From the IMG/VR virus record IMGVR_UViG_2700989544_000010: 17,037 nucleotides of DNA, one strand, 5' to 3'. Under the pieces are notes generated by a model that was not told the origin of the DNA, ran no database searches, and saw nothing but the letters and a program-made list of their open reading frames with translations. The translations under genes were made by a program, and so were the position numbers. Below, piece after piece: positions 8,595 through 16,802 of this stretch. The stretch comes from a virus. Lineage: Duplodnaviria; Heunggongvirae; Uroviricota; Caudoviricetes. Every line of letters starts with the position of its first letter. Position 1 is the first letter of the stretch.

Positions 8595-8948
8595 TTATCG
8601 TCGCCGGTTAACGGCGGGTGGTTTCCCACGGTTGAGCCAGAGATAACAGCTGCCCCCGTCATCCGGAGAAACACGATCCACCCAGAACGTCTCACCATTA
8701 ATGGTCAGCGTGTCACCACGCCGCACAGCACGAACCGTATCCGTCCGCACAAATAATGACGGGCTGCTTCCTTCAATACGGACCCCGCCACCGGCAAACC
8801 CCAGCGACTCCGGATCGTCAAAAACCCCCTGAACTTCGCTGCCACACTGTGCCCCCGAGGTGAACTGCGCACAGAGCCCCATCACTTCAACAATCGTGCT
8901 GTCCACCCCGGCGAGGGCAGCATCAAAGGCATTCTGAAAATCACGCAT
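8595..8948 (-). CDS. FII: Head-tail joining protein FII homolog
   Basis: Track ORF 8595..8948 (117 aa): ...GVFDDPESLGFAGGGVRIEGSSPSLFVRTDTVRAVRRGDTLTINGETFWVDRVSPDDGGSCYLWLNRGKPPAVNRRR, very close to lambda gpFII. Confidence 0.9.
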   Translation of the reverse strand: MRDFQNAFDAALAGVDSTIVEVMGLCAQFTSGAQCGSEVQGVFDDPESLGFAGGGVRIEGSSPSLFVRTDTVRAVRRGDTLTINGETFWVDRVSPDDGGSCYLWLNRGKPPAVNRRR

Positions 8949-9324
8949 GCTCAGCCGTTCCGTGCTGTATCATGGCTGTCGCCAGTGGTGATGGCACCAG
9001 AACACGCATGCCCCGGTACGTCAGTTCAACGGGACGGCCTGTCTCCGGGCAATACCCCATCACATGCAGGCATTTCCGCACACGGACCGCTTTAACATCA
9101 TCCGTAGCATCAGTGTTGTGCAACTGCTCACCATCGTCTGTGTGATTTTGCTCAGGCCCGCTCTCATCACCAGGCATAATGCCCTCCCGGGAAGCAGCAA
9201 GCTCCTCTTCCCACTCAGACACACGTTGCGCAATATCCGCAGCACTCCCCGACATATCCGCCTCGCGCCCCAGCAGGCCAGCCAGTTGACGAAGACGTTT
9301 CTGATTTTCTTCTTTTGTTGCCAT
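8941..9324 (-). CDS. FI: DNA-packaging / head assembly protein FI-like
   Basis: Internal ATG at 9324..9322 of track ORF 8941..9372 (MATKEENQKRLRQLAGLL...) is preceded by GGGGG about 5 nt upstream. The position between E and FII matches lambda FI, but sequence similarity to lambda FI is weak, so the call rests mainly on synteny and size. Confidence 0.6.
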   Translation of the reverse strand: MATKEENQKRLRQLAGLLGREADMSGSAADIAQRVSEWEEELAASREGIMPGDESGPEQNHTDDGEQLHNTDATDDVKAVRVRKCLHVMGYCPETGRPVELTYRGMRVLVPSPLATAMIQHGTAEHA

Positions 9325-9344
9325 ATCAGCCCCCTGTGAAAAAA

Positions 9345-9366
9345 GACACGGGGGCATTTCGCCCCC
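9345..9366 (-). other. Intergenic GC-rich stem-loop between E and FI (minus-strand GGGGGC-GAAAT-GCCCCC, then GUGUC UUUUUU)
   Basis: Inverted repeat 9350..9355 / 9361..9366 immediately 3' of the E stop codon, with a T6 tract 5 nt downstream on the minus strand. Lambda has a hairpin at the equivalent place. Confidence 0.45.
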
Positions 9367-9375
9367 GCTCACGGA

Positions 9376-10404
9376 TTATTTCACCTGCACCACCACAAAC
9401 TCATCCGGATCCGGCAGCACCATCAGCGGTGCGGACTGCGTCATGGTAAATTCACGGGCCGGATCGCCCACGGTCAGCCAGTGTTTCGGGTAACGGGAAG
9501 AAGCCACCACACCTTCGGACAACGCCTGCGCATCCTGAATGGCACCGTAACAACGGATCCCATCTGCAGCCGTATTTCCCAGGACCAGCGTGCCCTCCGG
9601 CAGATAACGTTTTTCGGTACCGTCCTCTGCCACATAAGACGTTTTCGCCACCACAATGGCCAGATCGCCGTAATACCCTTTGAAAGACACCACCGCCCCC
9701 AGGTCTTTCACTGCCGTTTCGAGTTGTGAATTTGAGCCGCGACGGGTATCCAGTTTTTCGCGGAACAGCTTAAAGCCATTCAGCAGACGCCAGACAGTAC
9801 CGTCCATAATGGCGATATTCACAAGACCGCTGGCCTGATCGCAGTAGAGGTCAATATCATGCGTCGGATCAAACGTATCACGGTCCTGCTCAGACCATTT
9901 TTTACCGTCAGCCTGCTCAATGTTATTTCCTTCAGAGCGTCCAAAATCCACCTCAACCGTGTCAAACTGATCCCCTTCCATGGTGTATTTGCCATACAGC
10001 ACGGCATTCACCGCCTGCATTTCTTCCACCTGGACAATGGCATGCTCTTCCTGTTTGAGGTTATCGGTGATGATACGCAGACGACGGTAGGCCGGGTCGT
10101 TCAGTTGAGCCGGATCTTCACCGGGAAGACGCTCAACCGCCTGCTGGTAATTAAATTCGTGTTTCGGCTTGACGTAGCCCGGACGTAACACGCGGGTTTC
10201 ACCACCGCGATGACGCAGCACTTTTCCTTCAACAACCGGGGAGACATAGGCCGCCACCGGCGTTTTTCCGGTAATTTTGTCCAGCATCACCTCTTCGGTA
10301 TGGAAATTCACCGTACGGCGGAAAAACAGCTCCAGAAACAGCGCACGAAATTTCACTTTTTGTTCGGTATAACCGAGTAACTGGCGGGTCGTAAACAATC
10401 CCAT
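9376..10404 (-). CDS. E: Major capsid protein E homolog
   Basis: Track ORF 9376..10404 (342 aa): ...RGGETRVLRPGYVKPKHEFNYQQ...EKLDTRRGSNSQLETAVKDLG...GDPAREFTMTQSAPLMVLPDPDEFVVVQVK, collinear with lambda gpE. AAAGGA RBS lies upstream of the ATG. Confidence 0.9.
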   Translation of the reverse strand: MGLFTTRQLLGYTEQKVKFRALFLELFFRRTVNFHTEEVMLDKITGKTPVAAYVSPVVEGKVLRHRGGETRVLRPGYVKPKHEFNYQQAVERLPGEDPAQLNDPAYRRLRIITDNLKQEEHAIVQVEEMQAVNAVLYGKYTMEGDQFDTVEVDFGRSEGNNIEQADGKKWSEQDRDTFDPTHDIDLYCDQASGLVNIAIMDGTVWRLLNGFKLFREKLDTRRGSNSQLETAVKDLGAVVSFKGYYGDLAIVVAKTSYVAEDGTEKRYLPEGTLVLGNTAADGIRCYGAIQDAQALSEGVVASSRYPKHWLTVGDPAREFTMTQSAPLMVLPDPDEFVVVQVK

Positions 10405-10433
10405 AAATCAGTTCCTTTCATTCAGAAATCAGT

Positions 10434-10453
10434 CAGGCCACCGCGGTGGCCTG
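10434..10453 (-). other. Intergenic perfect palindrome CAGGCCACCGCGGTGGCCTG between D and E
   Basis: 20-nt perfect inverted repeat 8 nt 3' of the D stop codon and about 30 nt 5' of the E start. No adjacent U-tract. Lambda has a hairpin in its D-E spacer. Confidence 0.4.
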
Positions 10454-10461
10454 ATAACGTG

Positions 10462-10809
10462 TTACGGCAGCGCCGCGTGACTCAGGGCACTGCCGGCAAA
10501 GGCATTTGCCTTTTTGTGTTCATCCACACTGTCAGGCCAGCGGATTGCCTCCGTCGCAAAGGTCCCCGACTTGTAATACGTCAGTACCGTCTCTGTGCCT
10601 TCAAGCGGCAGTACCAGTATGCCAACCGCACTACCGGCTTTCTGTCCGTCCCAGACCACCAGTTTCCCGGTAGCTTCATCCAGCATCAGGGGCGTCAGTG
10701 CCGGTGTTGCCGAGGAAATCCCGCTGCTGCCTGTGGCGGTATGAGCCGGATCATTACCGGCAAAAATACGTACTTCCGCACGCTGTTCAGTGATGGTTTT
10801 CGTTACCAT
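10462..10809 (-). CDS. D: Head decoration protein D homolog
   Basis: Track ORF 10462..10809 (115 aa): ...NDPAHTATGSSGISSATPALTPLMLDEATGKLVVWDG...GILVLPLEGTETVLTYYKSGTF..., matching lambda gpD motifs (DPAHTAT, TPLMLD, YKSGTF). Confidence 0.9.
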   Translation of the reverse strand: MVTKTITEQRAEVRIFAGNDPAHTATGSSGISSATPALTPLMLDEATGKLVVWDGQKAGSAVGILVLPLEGTETVLTYYKSGTFATEAIRWPDSVDEHKKANAFAGSALSHAALP

Positions 10810-10845
10810 ATTGTAAAAACCTCCTGTTGATGGTCAGCACTGACT

Positions 10846-11298
10846 TCATGGCATAGCCATGAGCATTTTCACGTCCGCATCACCGTCTGCTGACGTCTGT
10901 GGCACGCCACCCTGTACCGCTGCCGGTGAATGGTTCGCCATGATGCGTTCAAACAGGGCGGTTGTGGATGCAGAGACCGGTTCTGCCTTACCTGATCCCG
11001 CAGCCAGCACAGCCCGGGCGCTCTCCACAGTCATTCCCGGGCAGGCAGCCAGCTGTTCAGCCTGCGCCTCAGCCCCTTTTGCCTCATCCAGTGCCATGAT
11101 CTGATCACGGAGTGAGGGTCCGGCATCCGCCTGCGGTGAAGCAGCCAGGATCGGGCGGGCTTTTTCCACCGTCATCTCCGGCATCGCCGCCAGCGTTGCC
11201 GCCAGTTGTTCACGTCCTTTCGCTTCCTGGCATGTCAGGATCCCCATCACTCGCTGGTTCTCCTGCGCGGCGGCTTCCGTTGCAGTTAATTGCGGCAT
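10846..11298 (-). CDS. Nu3: Putative scaffold protein Nu3-like product from an in-frame internal start within C
   Basis: In-frame ATG at 11298..11296 (MPQLTATEAAAQENQRVMGILTCQEAKGREQ...) is preceded by a strong GAGGAGG Shine-Dalgarno 5-6 nt upstream. This mirrors the nested C/Nu3 arrangement of lambda. Confidence 0.55.
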   Translation of the reverse strand: MPQLTATEAAAQENQRVMGILTCQEAKGREQLAATLAAMPEMTVEKARPILAASPQADAGPSLRDQIMALDEAKGAEAQAEQLAACPGMTVESARAVLAAGSGKAEPVSASTTALFERIMANHSPAAVQGGVPQTSADGDADVKMLMAMP

Positions 11299-12201
11299 AG
11301 TGCCTCCTCTGACATTACTGTTCAGCGCCGTGGCCATCACACTGATGGCATCCGACGCATTGACTAATTCATCCGCCAGCCCGGCATCAATGCCGGACTG
11401 ACCTTCAAAAACGGCGGCCTCTGTTCCCGTGACGGCATCAACAGACAGACCGGTAAACATGGCCACTTTTTCGGCAAACATCCGGCGCGCCGCATCAATG
11501 CGCTGCTGCATGTCCTGGCGAACCTCTGCCGGTAAGGCTTCAAACTGATTGCCATCCACCTTGTGCGCCCCTGAGTAAATCAGCGTGATATCCACACCGG
11601 CCTGCGCCAGATGACCGGCATAGCTGACATGGCTCATCATCACGCCAATGGAGCCGATACGGGATGTCTGGGTAACCAGCCGTCGGGAGCAGGCCGACGC
11701 CAGCAGCATGGCTGCAGAACAGGCCGTGTCATTGCACAGTGCCCAGACCGGCTTCTGCTGACGGAGGCGGTAAATCATGTCAGCGCAGTCAAACGCGCCG
11801 GCGGCCTGCCCGCCCGGACTGTCAATGTCCAGCAGTACGCCCCGCACCTGGCTATCCGCCATTGCCTGCTGAAGACAGGCGACAATGCCGTCATAGCCTG
11901 TCATTCCGGAAAATGGCCGCATACCCCCCAGCCGGTACACCAGCGTGCCGGTCACCGGCAGTACAGCAATACCGTTCACCACCCGGTAAACACGGGCCGG
12001 TCGTTTACCTCCGGCCATGTACTCGTCCGTTTCAGCCAGCATTCCGGGAGCATCAAGCTGTACCTGCTGCTGTGGTACCGAAAGACTTGCTGCCCCCATC
12101 TCGCGCCCGAGCGCGCAAAAGAAAACCCGCGCATAGGCGGGCTCCAGAAGCAGCGGTTCATTGAATGCTGCGGCAATAATGTGTGAAAGATTACGTCTCA
12201 C
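10846..12201 (-). CDS. C: Head maturation protease / scaffold protein C homolog (S49/ClpP-like)
   Basis: Track ORF 10846..12201 (451 aa): MRRNLSHIIAAAFNEPLLLEPAYARVFFCALG...GVLLDIDSPGG...VWALCNDTACSAAMLLASACSRRLVTQTSRIGSIGVMM..., collinear with lambda gpC. Confidence 0.9.
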   Translation of the reverse strand: MRRNLSHIIAAAFNEPLLLEPAYARVFFCALGREMGAASLSVPQQQVQLDAPGMLAETDEYMAGGKRPARVYRVVNGIAVLPVTGTLVYRLGGMRPFSGMTGYDGIVACLQQAMADSQVRGVLLDIDSPGGQAAGAFDCADMIYRLRQQKPVWALCNDTACSAAMLLASACSRRLVTQTSRIGSIGVMMSHVSYAGHLAQAGVDITLIYSGAHKVDGNQFEALPAEVRQDMQQRIDAARRMFAEKVAMFTGLSVDAVTGTEAAVFEGQSGIDAGLADELVNASDAISVMATALNSNVRGGTMPQLTATEAAAQENQRVMGILTCQEAKGREQLAATLAAMPEMTVEKARPILAASPQADAGPSLRDQIMALDEAKGAEAQAEQLAACPGMTVESARAVLAAGSGKAEPVSASTTALFERIMANHSPAAVQGGVPQTSADGDADVKMLMAMP

Positions 12202-13783
12202 GGGGTGTTGTCTCCTCTTCCGGCCTGCGACTCTCCGCTATCTGCTGCTGATACGCCTGCGCTATCCACACCGGACGTGAGAGTCCGGCTTTTTGCCGCT
12301 CTGCAGATTCCCTGACCTGCTGGCGGAAAATGTCCTGATAATCCTCGCCCATCAGCGCCAGCTCTTTCTCATACGTGCTCAGTCCGGCCTCAATGCGCAT
12401 CACCGATTCCTGAACCTCCTTGAGCCCGTCAATGGCCATTCTTCCGGCACCAATCCACTCTGCCCGTGACCAGGCTGATCGCGCCTGATAAAAATCAAAA
12501 CGCGCCCGTGGCGGACGGATAATCCCCCGAAGAAGTGCCTCTTCCAGCCAGCAGGAAAACATCTGCGTGGCCAGCCGGGCCGCAATAAATTTTCGCCGCC
12601 CCATAAAATAGCGCCACGACTCATTGGCAGAGGCCCTGGCACTTGAATAACTGACCTTCGAGTAATCACGGGACAACTGTTCGTAGGAAACGCCAAGACC
12701 GGCGGCGATATACCGCAGCAGCGCCTGTTCAAGCGCCGAAAATCCATTGTCTGAATCCTGCGCAGTCTGTAGTTTCAGATCATCCCCGGGGAAAAGGTGC
12801 GGAATTTTGACACCACCCAGCGTCACGTTATTCGTGTCATACCAGCTGGAGAACTTCTCCAGAATATTAATAAGCGGATTATCCTTCTGCCCCTGCGGCG
12901 CACCGGCGATATATTCAAAGGCCTTTTCGGTATCAAGGTCACTTTCAATCGTCGCTGCATACATGGCTTTCACAATGGCCGACTGAAGCTGTGTTGCCTG
13001 CAGGGAATCGAGCATCTTCAGCCGTTCCATGACGCTGTAAAACTGGTTGGCCCCACGGGTCTGCCCGTCCTCCACCGGCTCGAAAATATGCAGCATGGCC
13101 GGACGCCCGGTGGGAAGTTCACGCGGGATCCGTTCCCATCGTCCACTCCCGAAGCGAGGAAAATCATCCTCACAGATATGGTACGCAACGGCACGGCCAT
13201 ATCGATCGACCTCCACCCCGGCCCGCAGAAAACGGTTCCCCATACCGTGTCCTGGCGTGTCCACCCGTTTCGGACTCACGGCTTTAAAACGCGTACGGAA
13301 TAACTGCGTGGTTTCCGTATCCCAGACCGGCTGCACAAAGATTTCGCCGTTAAACGCATGAACGCCCACACCTTCACGGATAAATTCCGTGAACGTGCGT
13401 TTTCCTTCCACGTCGATCTCGCCAGACATCCCTTCGGCGTATTCCGACCAGGCCGCCTCCACCTCATCGACAAAGCTTTTTGCTGCGGTCTCCCGCATCC
13501 CCAGCCAGCGCCAGTTCGGACGGTAGCTGATAAGAAACATATGCCCGACAATGTGATCCTTATGCAGTGCCACCGCATTGGCCGCTATTCCGTTATTGCG
13601 CACCAGATCATCTGCCCGGGCATTCCCCAGACGCAACGCGGGCAGCAGGGCCGCATCGGCACTCTGCGCCGGTGGCAACCACTCCGCCATTTGCCCGCCA
13701 AATCCTGCACCGCCCCCGTTGTAGCTGAGACTCTCACGAAGCGGAACGCCGTTCACATCAATCAGGACAGGCGTTCGTTTCAT
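12191..13783 (-). CDS. B: Portal protein B homolog
   Basis: Track ORF 12191..13783 (530 aa): MKRTPVLIDVNGVPLRESLSYNGGGAGFGGQ...EPVEDGQTRGANQFYSVMERLKMLD...SALEQALLRYIAAGLGVSYEQLSRDY..., collinear with lambda gpB. Confidence 0.9.
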   Translation of the reverse strand: MKRTPVLIDVNGVPLRESLSYNGGGAGFGGQMAEWLPPAQSADAALLPALRLGNARADDLVRNNGIAANAVALHKDHIVGHMFLISYRPNWRWLGMRETAAKSFVDEVEAAWSEYAEGMSGEIDVEGKRTFTEFIREGVGVHAFNGEIFVQPVWDTETTQLFRTRFKAVSPKRVDTPGHGMGNRFLRAGVEVDRYGRAVAYHICEDDFPRFGSGRWERIPRELPTGRPAMLHIFEPVEDGQTRGANQFYSVMERLKMLDSLQATQLQSAIVKAMYAATIESDLDTEKAFEYIAGAPQGQKDNPLINILEKFSSWYDTNNVTLGGVKIPHLFPGDDLKLQTAQDSDNGFSALEQALLRYIAAGLGVSYEQLSRDYSKVSYSSARASANESWRYFMGRRKFIAARLATQMFSCWLEEALLRGIIRPPRARFDFYQARSAWSRAEWIGAGRMAIDGLKEVQESVMRIEAGLSTYEKELALMGEDYQDIFRQQVRESAERQKAGLSRPVWIAQAYQQQIAESRRPEEETTPRET

Positions 13784-13986
13784 AACCTCACTCCCAGCGG
13801 ACGACGGCGACGCCGGGTTGTCCCCAGTACCGACTCCGCATCATTGATCGCCCGGTTAAGCTCATCCAGAGAAGCCGCCGTATATTCAATTCTGCGACCA
13901 TCTTTCTGGACAGACACCACCCGTTTACCGGTTAATAAATCAAGGCGCGCCTGACGCAGCGCCTGCAGTTCAGCGACTGTAACCAT
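13780..13986 (-). CDS. W: Head-tail joining protein W homolog
   Basis: Track ORF 13780..13986 (68 aa): MVTVAELQALRQARLDLLTGKRVVSVQKDGRRIEYTAASLDEL..., same length and motif (TGKRV..VQKDGRR) as lambda gpW. Its start overlaps the 3' end of A. Confidence 0.85.
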   Translation of the reverse strand: MVTVAELQALRQARLDLLTGKRVVSVQKDGRRIEYTAASLDELNRAINDAESVLGTTRRRRRPLGVRL

Positions 13987-15898
13987 TCACTCCTCCGGAC
14001 AGCTTCGCTGCCAGTTCTTTCAGGGTTGGCCGGGTCGTCTCTTCTTCCCGGGATTTTGCCAGTACAGCCAGATCAAGCTGCCAGCGTTGCACGGACACAC
14101 GTAATGCCGCGTAGGCATACACCAGGCAGTCCAGCGCTTCGTTACGCCGCTTTTTGTTATCCCACAGCAGACGCATCTTTCCTTTTTCCCACTTCTCCAC
14201 CAGCTCTTCCGCCACCAGTTGCTGCGCCTCTGTCTGCGAAAAAATCTCCGGATCATCAGGAAAACGGATGGCATACGACGTGGCTTCATCCGCAGGCGAG
14301 GGATCGGCTTTCATACGGGCATAGAGAATTTCTTTTGCGGTGTCCGTTCCCACTTCACACAGATACACGCCCCGCTGATTGCGGGTTTTTGGCATGGTGA
14401 TCACCGGCTTGCCATAGACAGATGCGCCTTTTACCGGCAGCCCCCGGAAAACACCGTGTTTTTTTGATCTCTGATAAACAATTTCACCATCGATCCCCCC
14501 GGTGTCCCAGCAGACACGGGAAATAGTCATTTCGGTGCCATCCGCATGGCGGTATTTTTTGTTGATCGCCGCATCCACACGTAACAGCGTCTCTTCCTCA
14601 TCAGGACGCCCCATAATGATGATTTTATCCACCAGAAAGGCTTCCTCTCCCGGAGCCCATCCCCAGACATACATCTCAAAACGGTTTCGCTGCGAGTCAA
14701 TGCCCGCCGTCAGATAAACCACCCGGGCAGGCACCGCCGCCGTGTAACGCACCACCTTATCCATCAGTACCTAGTGATCGAGTTTTTCGCCCACGGCCTC
14801 TTCCCAGGTCTCGCCCAGCGTGGTGTTCACAAAGGTTTTCAGGCCGTTGGGATCTTTCAGTGCATCCAGCCAGTCATAGACAATCTGTACCCAGGTGGTG
14901 AACGGACTGTACGCCGTCCAGATATGGAACGTGATGGAGCGCGGCGGCGGAATTTCATCACCCCGGGCGCTGAAAAACGTCAGACCGTCACGGGTCCACA
15001 TGCCCGTGTTTTCACAGATCCACCGCCCGTTGCTCTGGTCCAGTTCAGACTGATGGATCACGCAGCCATGATGTTCACAGAGGTAGAAAACACTTTCAGG
15101 GCTGTCCTTCTCCCATTTAAGCCCAAAAGGCGTGGACTCATCGCCAAATTTCAGATACTGCTCCTCCCCACAGTGCGGGCAGGGCACATAAAAACGCATA
15201 AAATGCGCCGACTCGTTAGCGGCTTTTTCGATCTGGCAGGTGCCTTTGATTTTAGGCGTCGAGCCGCGAATGGATTTTGGCCACACCGACCCCTCAATAC
15301 GCTTATCCCCCAGCAGGGTTGGCGAGCCCTCTTTTTCGACATCCGGCTCGAACGAGGAAAGTTCGTCATAGCAGACCACGTCCACGGATTTTTCACGGTA
15401 GTTTTTGGCGGCAGCGCCGCCCAGGCACCAGAAACCGACGCCCGATGAAAAGCGTTTCAGCGTGAGAGTATTGTCACGATGTTTACGACCCAGCCATGGG
15501 GAAAGGTCTTTCAGGCATGGCACGTTCCGAATCGTCGCCTCCACGTGAGACTTCATAAAATCTTCAGCGGCAGAATCCGTGGGCTGAAAAAGCAGACTGT
15601 TTCGGGATTTATGCTCAATAAAATACCCGACCACCCCCAGCAACATCTTTGTATAGCCAACACGGGCAGATTTAATCAGATTAACAGTGCGGATCTGATC
15701 ATTCCCCATGCTGTTCATGATGGCGATCTGGAATGGCAGCGTTTTCCATTCGCCCTCACCATATGAAGATTCTTTAGGCAGATAATAATTTTGATCAGCC
15801 CATTCAACTGGCGTCACCGGCAATGCCCTTATCAGGGGCTGTAATGCAGTTGTGACAGCGCTCATCATATTATTCAGTTGTTGCTCTGATATATTCAT
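13970..15898 (-). pseudogene. A: Terminase large subunit A homolog, interrupted by an in-frame TAG codon at 14773..14771
   Basis: The N-terminal part is in track ORF 14771..15955 from internal ATG 15898 (MNISEQQLNN..., Walker-A-like KSARVGYTK) and ends ...TTLGETWEEAVGEKLDH-TAG. The same frame continues VLMDKVVRYTAAVPARVVYLTAGIDSQ... as track ORF 13970..14764. The combined length matches lambda gpA, and the TAG replaces a sense codon (Glu in lambda as I recall). Confidence 0.85.
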
Positions 15899-16376
15899 CA
15901 AGTAAATCCGGTAATTTATCCCCTGCCCGCGCACACTGATTTGCCCCCTTAGCAATAAGGGTTTTCAGATGGTCAAGATGGCGCGGTGTTAAATCAGGAA
16001 ACTGTCGCTGCATGGATAAAGGGATGGAATCAAGCGTACTGGATAACGCCATTGCCAGCTTACTGAGGGCAAAAATACAGAATCCGGTGTCAATAAGCTT
16101 ACCTTCGGTTACCTGATTTTTAAGTTTTTGAGCTACGGCCTGTTCTTCTGTCAGTTCAGCTCTGGCCCGAAGCAGCCTTTCCTCCAGATCGCCCTCGTCA
16201 TCAGGTATTCTCTGATTGTGTTGTCGCCGCTCGCGATCTATCTCCAGTACAGTTTTAACGTCATAAAAAACTTCCCTCCCACGACGCTCAACAGGAGGAA
16301 CGCCCCATTTATCAAATGCCTGAACAGATATACCGATGGAGGAGGCCATATCACTTTTATTCAATAAAAAGGCCAT
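15870..16376 (-). CDS. Nu1: Terminase small subunit Nu1-like (C-terminal half lambda-like, N-terminal DNA-binding part divergent)
   Basis: Track ORF 15870..16481. The likely start is the internal ATG at 16376..16374 (MAFLLNKSDMASSIGISVQAFDKWG...), preceded by GGAGAGGAG. The C-terminal FCIFALSKLAMALSSTLDSIPLSMQRQFPDLTPRHLDHLK...LPDLLDEYI matches lambda gpNu1. The 3' end overlaps A by about 29 nt. Confidence 0.8.
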   Translation of the reverse strand: MAFLLNKSDMASSIGISVQAFDKWGVPPVERRGREVFYDVKTVLEIDRERRQHNQRIPDDEGDLEERLLRARAELTEEQAVAQKLKNQVTEGKLIDTGFCIFALSKLAMALSSTLDSIPLSMQRQFPDLTPRHLDHLKTLIAKGANQCARAGDKLPDLLDEYIRATTE

Positions 16377-16591
16377 CTCCTCTCCATAAGCCATCGATAA
16401 AAAGCGATACAACAACCATGTGTTTTTACAAAACCATTTGATATCATTGACATTTTTCGCATTGACGACATCAAAACACATCGTAAGGTTGTTGTATTTA
16501 TTTTATTTTCACCTTACTTATCAATTAGATATGCCAAACAATTAAACAACAACTCCCCCTCAAAAAATCTCATAAATAGCGAAAACCCGCG
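16377..16591 (-). promoter_or_regulatory. Candidate cosB region (terminase small-subunit binding sites), not lambda-like in sequence
   Basis: AT-rich spacer between cosN and the Nu1 start, the same position and similar length as lambda cosB. It diverges from lambda after the first about 22 nt inside cosN and contains ACAACAAC motifs in both orientations (about 16488..16496 and 16547..16554). Confidence 0.4.
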
Positions 16592-16603
16592 AGGTCGCCG
16601 CCC
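16592..16603 (-). other. cosN cohesive-end site (12-nt GGGCGGCGACCT on minus strand)
   Basis: Plus-strand AGGTCGCCGCCC at 16592..16603 is the reverse complement of the lambda cohesive end. Identity with lambda extends on the Nu1 side (CGCGGGTTTTCGCTATTTATGA) and on the other side (CGTAACCTGTCGGATCGCCGGAAAGGACCCGC, matching the lambda right end). Confidence 0.8.
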
Positions 16604-16665
16604 CGTAACCTGTCGGATCGCCGGAAAGGACCCGCAAAATGATAATAATTATCATCTACATATCA
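16604..16665 (-). promoter_or_regulatory. cosQ-like region / phage genome right end
   Basis: Minus-strand ...CGTTGTGATATGTAGATGATAATTATTATCATTTTGCGGGTCCTTTCCGGCGATCCGACAGGTTACG matches the remembered last about 60 nt of the lambda genome (cosQ) with a few substitutions. Confidence 0.6.
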
Positions 16666-16802
16666 CAACGTGCATCTACGCCATCAAACCACGTCAAATA
16701 ATCAATTATGACGCAGGTATCGTATTAATTGATCTGCGTCAAATTAACGTAAAAGCAACTTCAGATAATACAAATCAGCAACACTGAATATGGGGAAACA
16801 TT

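Noticed and set aside
3240-14773. Hypothesis that the two in-frame TAG codons (M and A) reflect deliberate amber recoding or suppression
   Set aside because: Every other stop in the module is used conventionally and there are only two events, alongside an independent frameshift and an IS insertion. Ordinary nonsense mutation in a decaying prophage is far more parsimonious. Only a suppressor tRNA in the host would make this worth revisiting.
14774-15448. Plus-strand ORF of 224 aa antisense to terminase A
   Set aside because: Antisense to a gene with clear homology, with no start context or domain-like sequence.
16377-16481. Upstream extension of the Nu1 ORF to the ATG at 16481
   Set aside because: Neither the ATG at 16481 nor the next in-frame ATG has a Shine-Dalgarno sequence. 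The extension runs into the cosB-like spacer, and similarity to lambda Nu1 begins at the ATG at 16376, which has a strong RBS.
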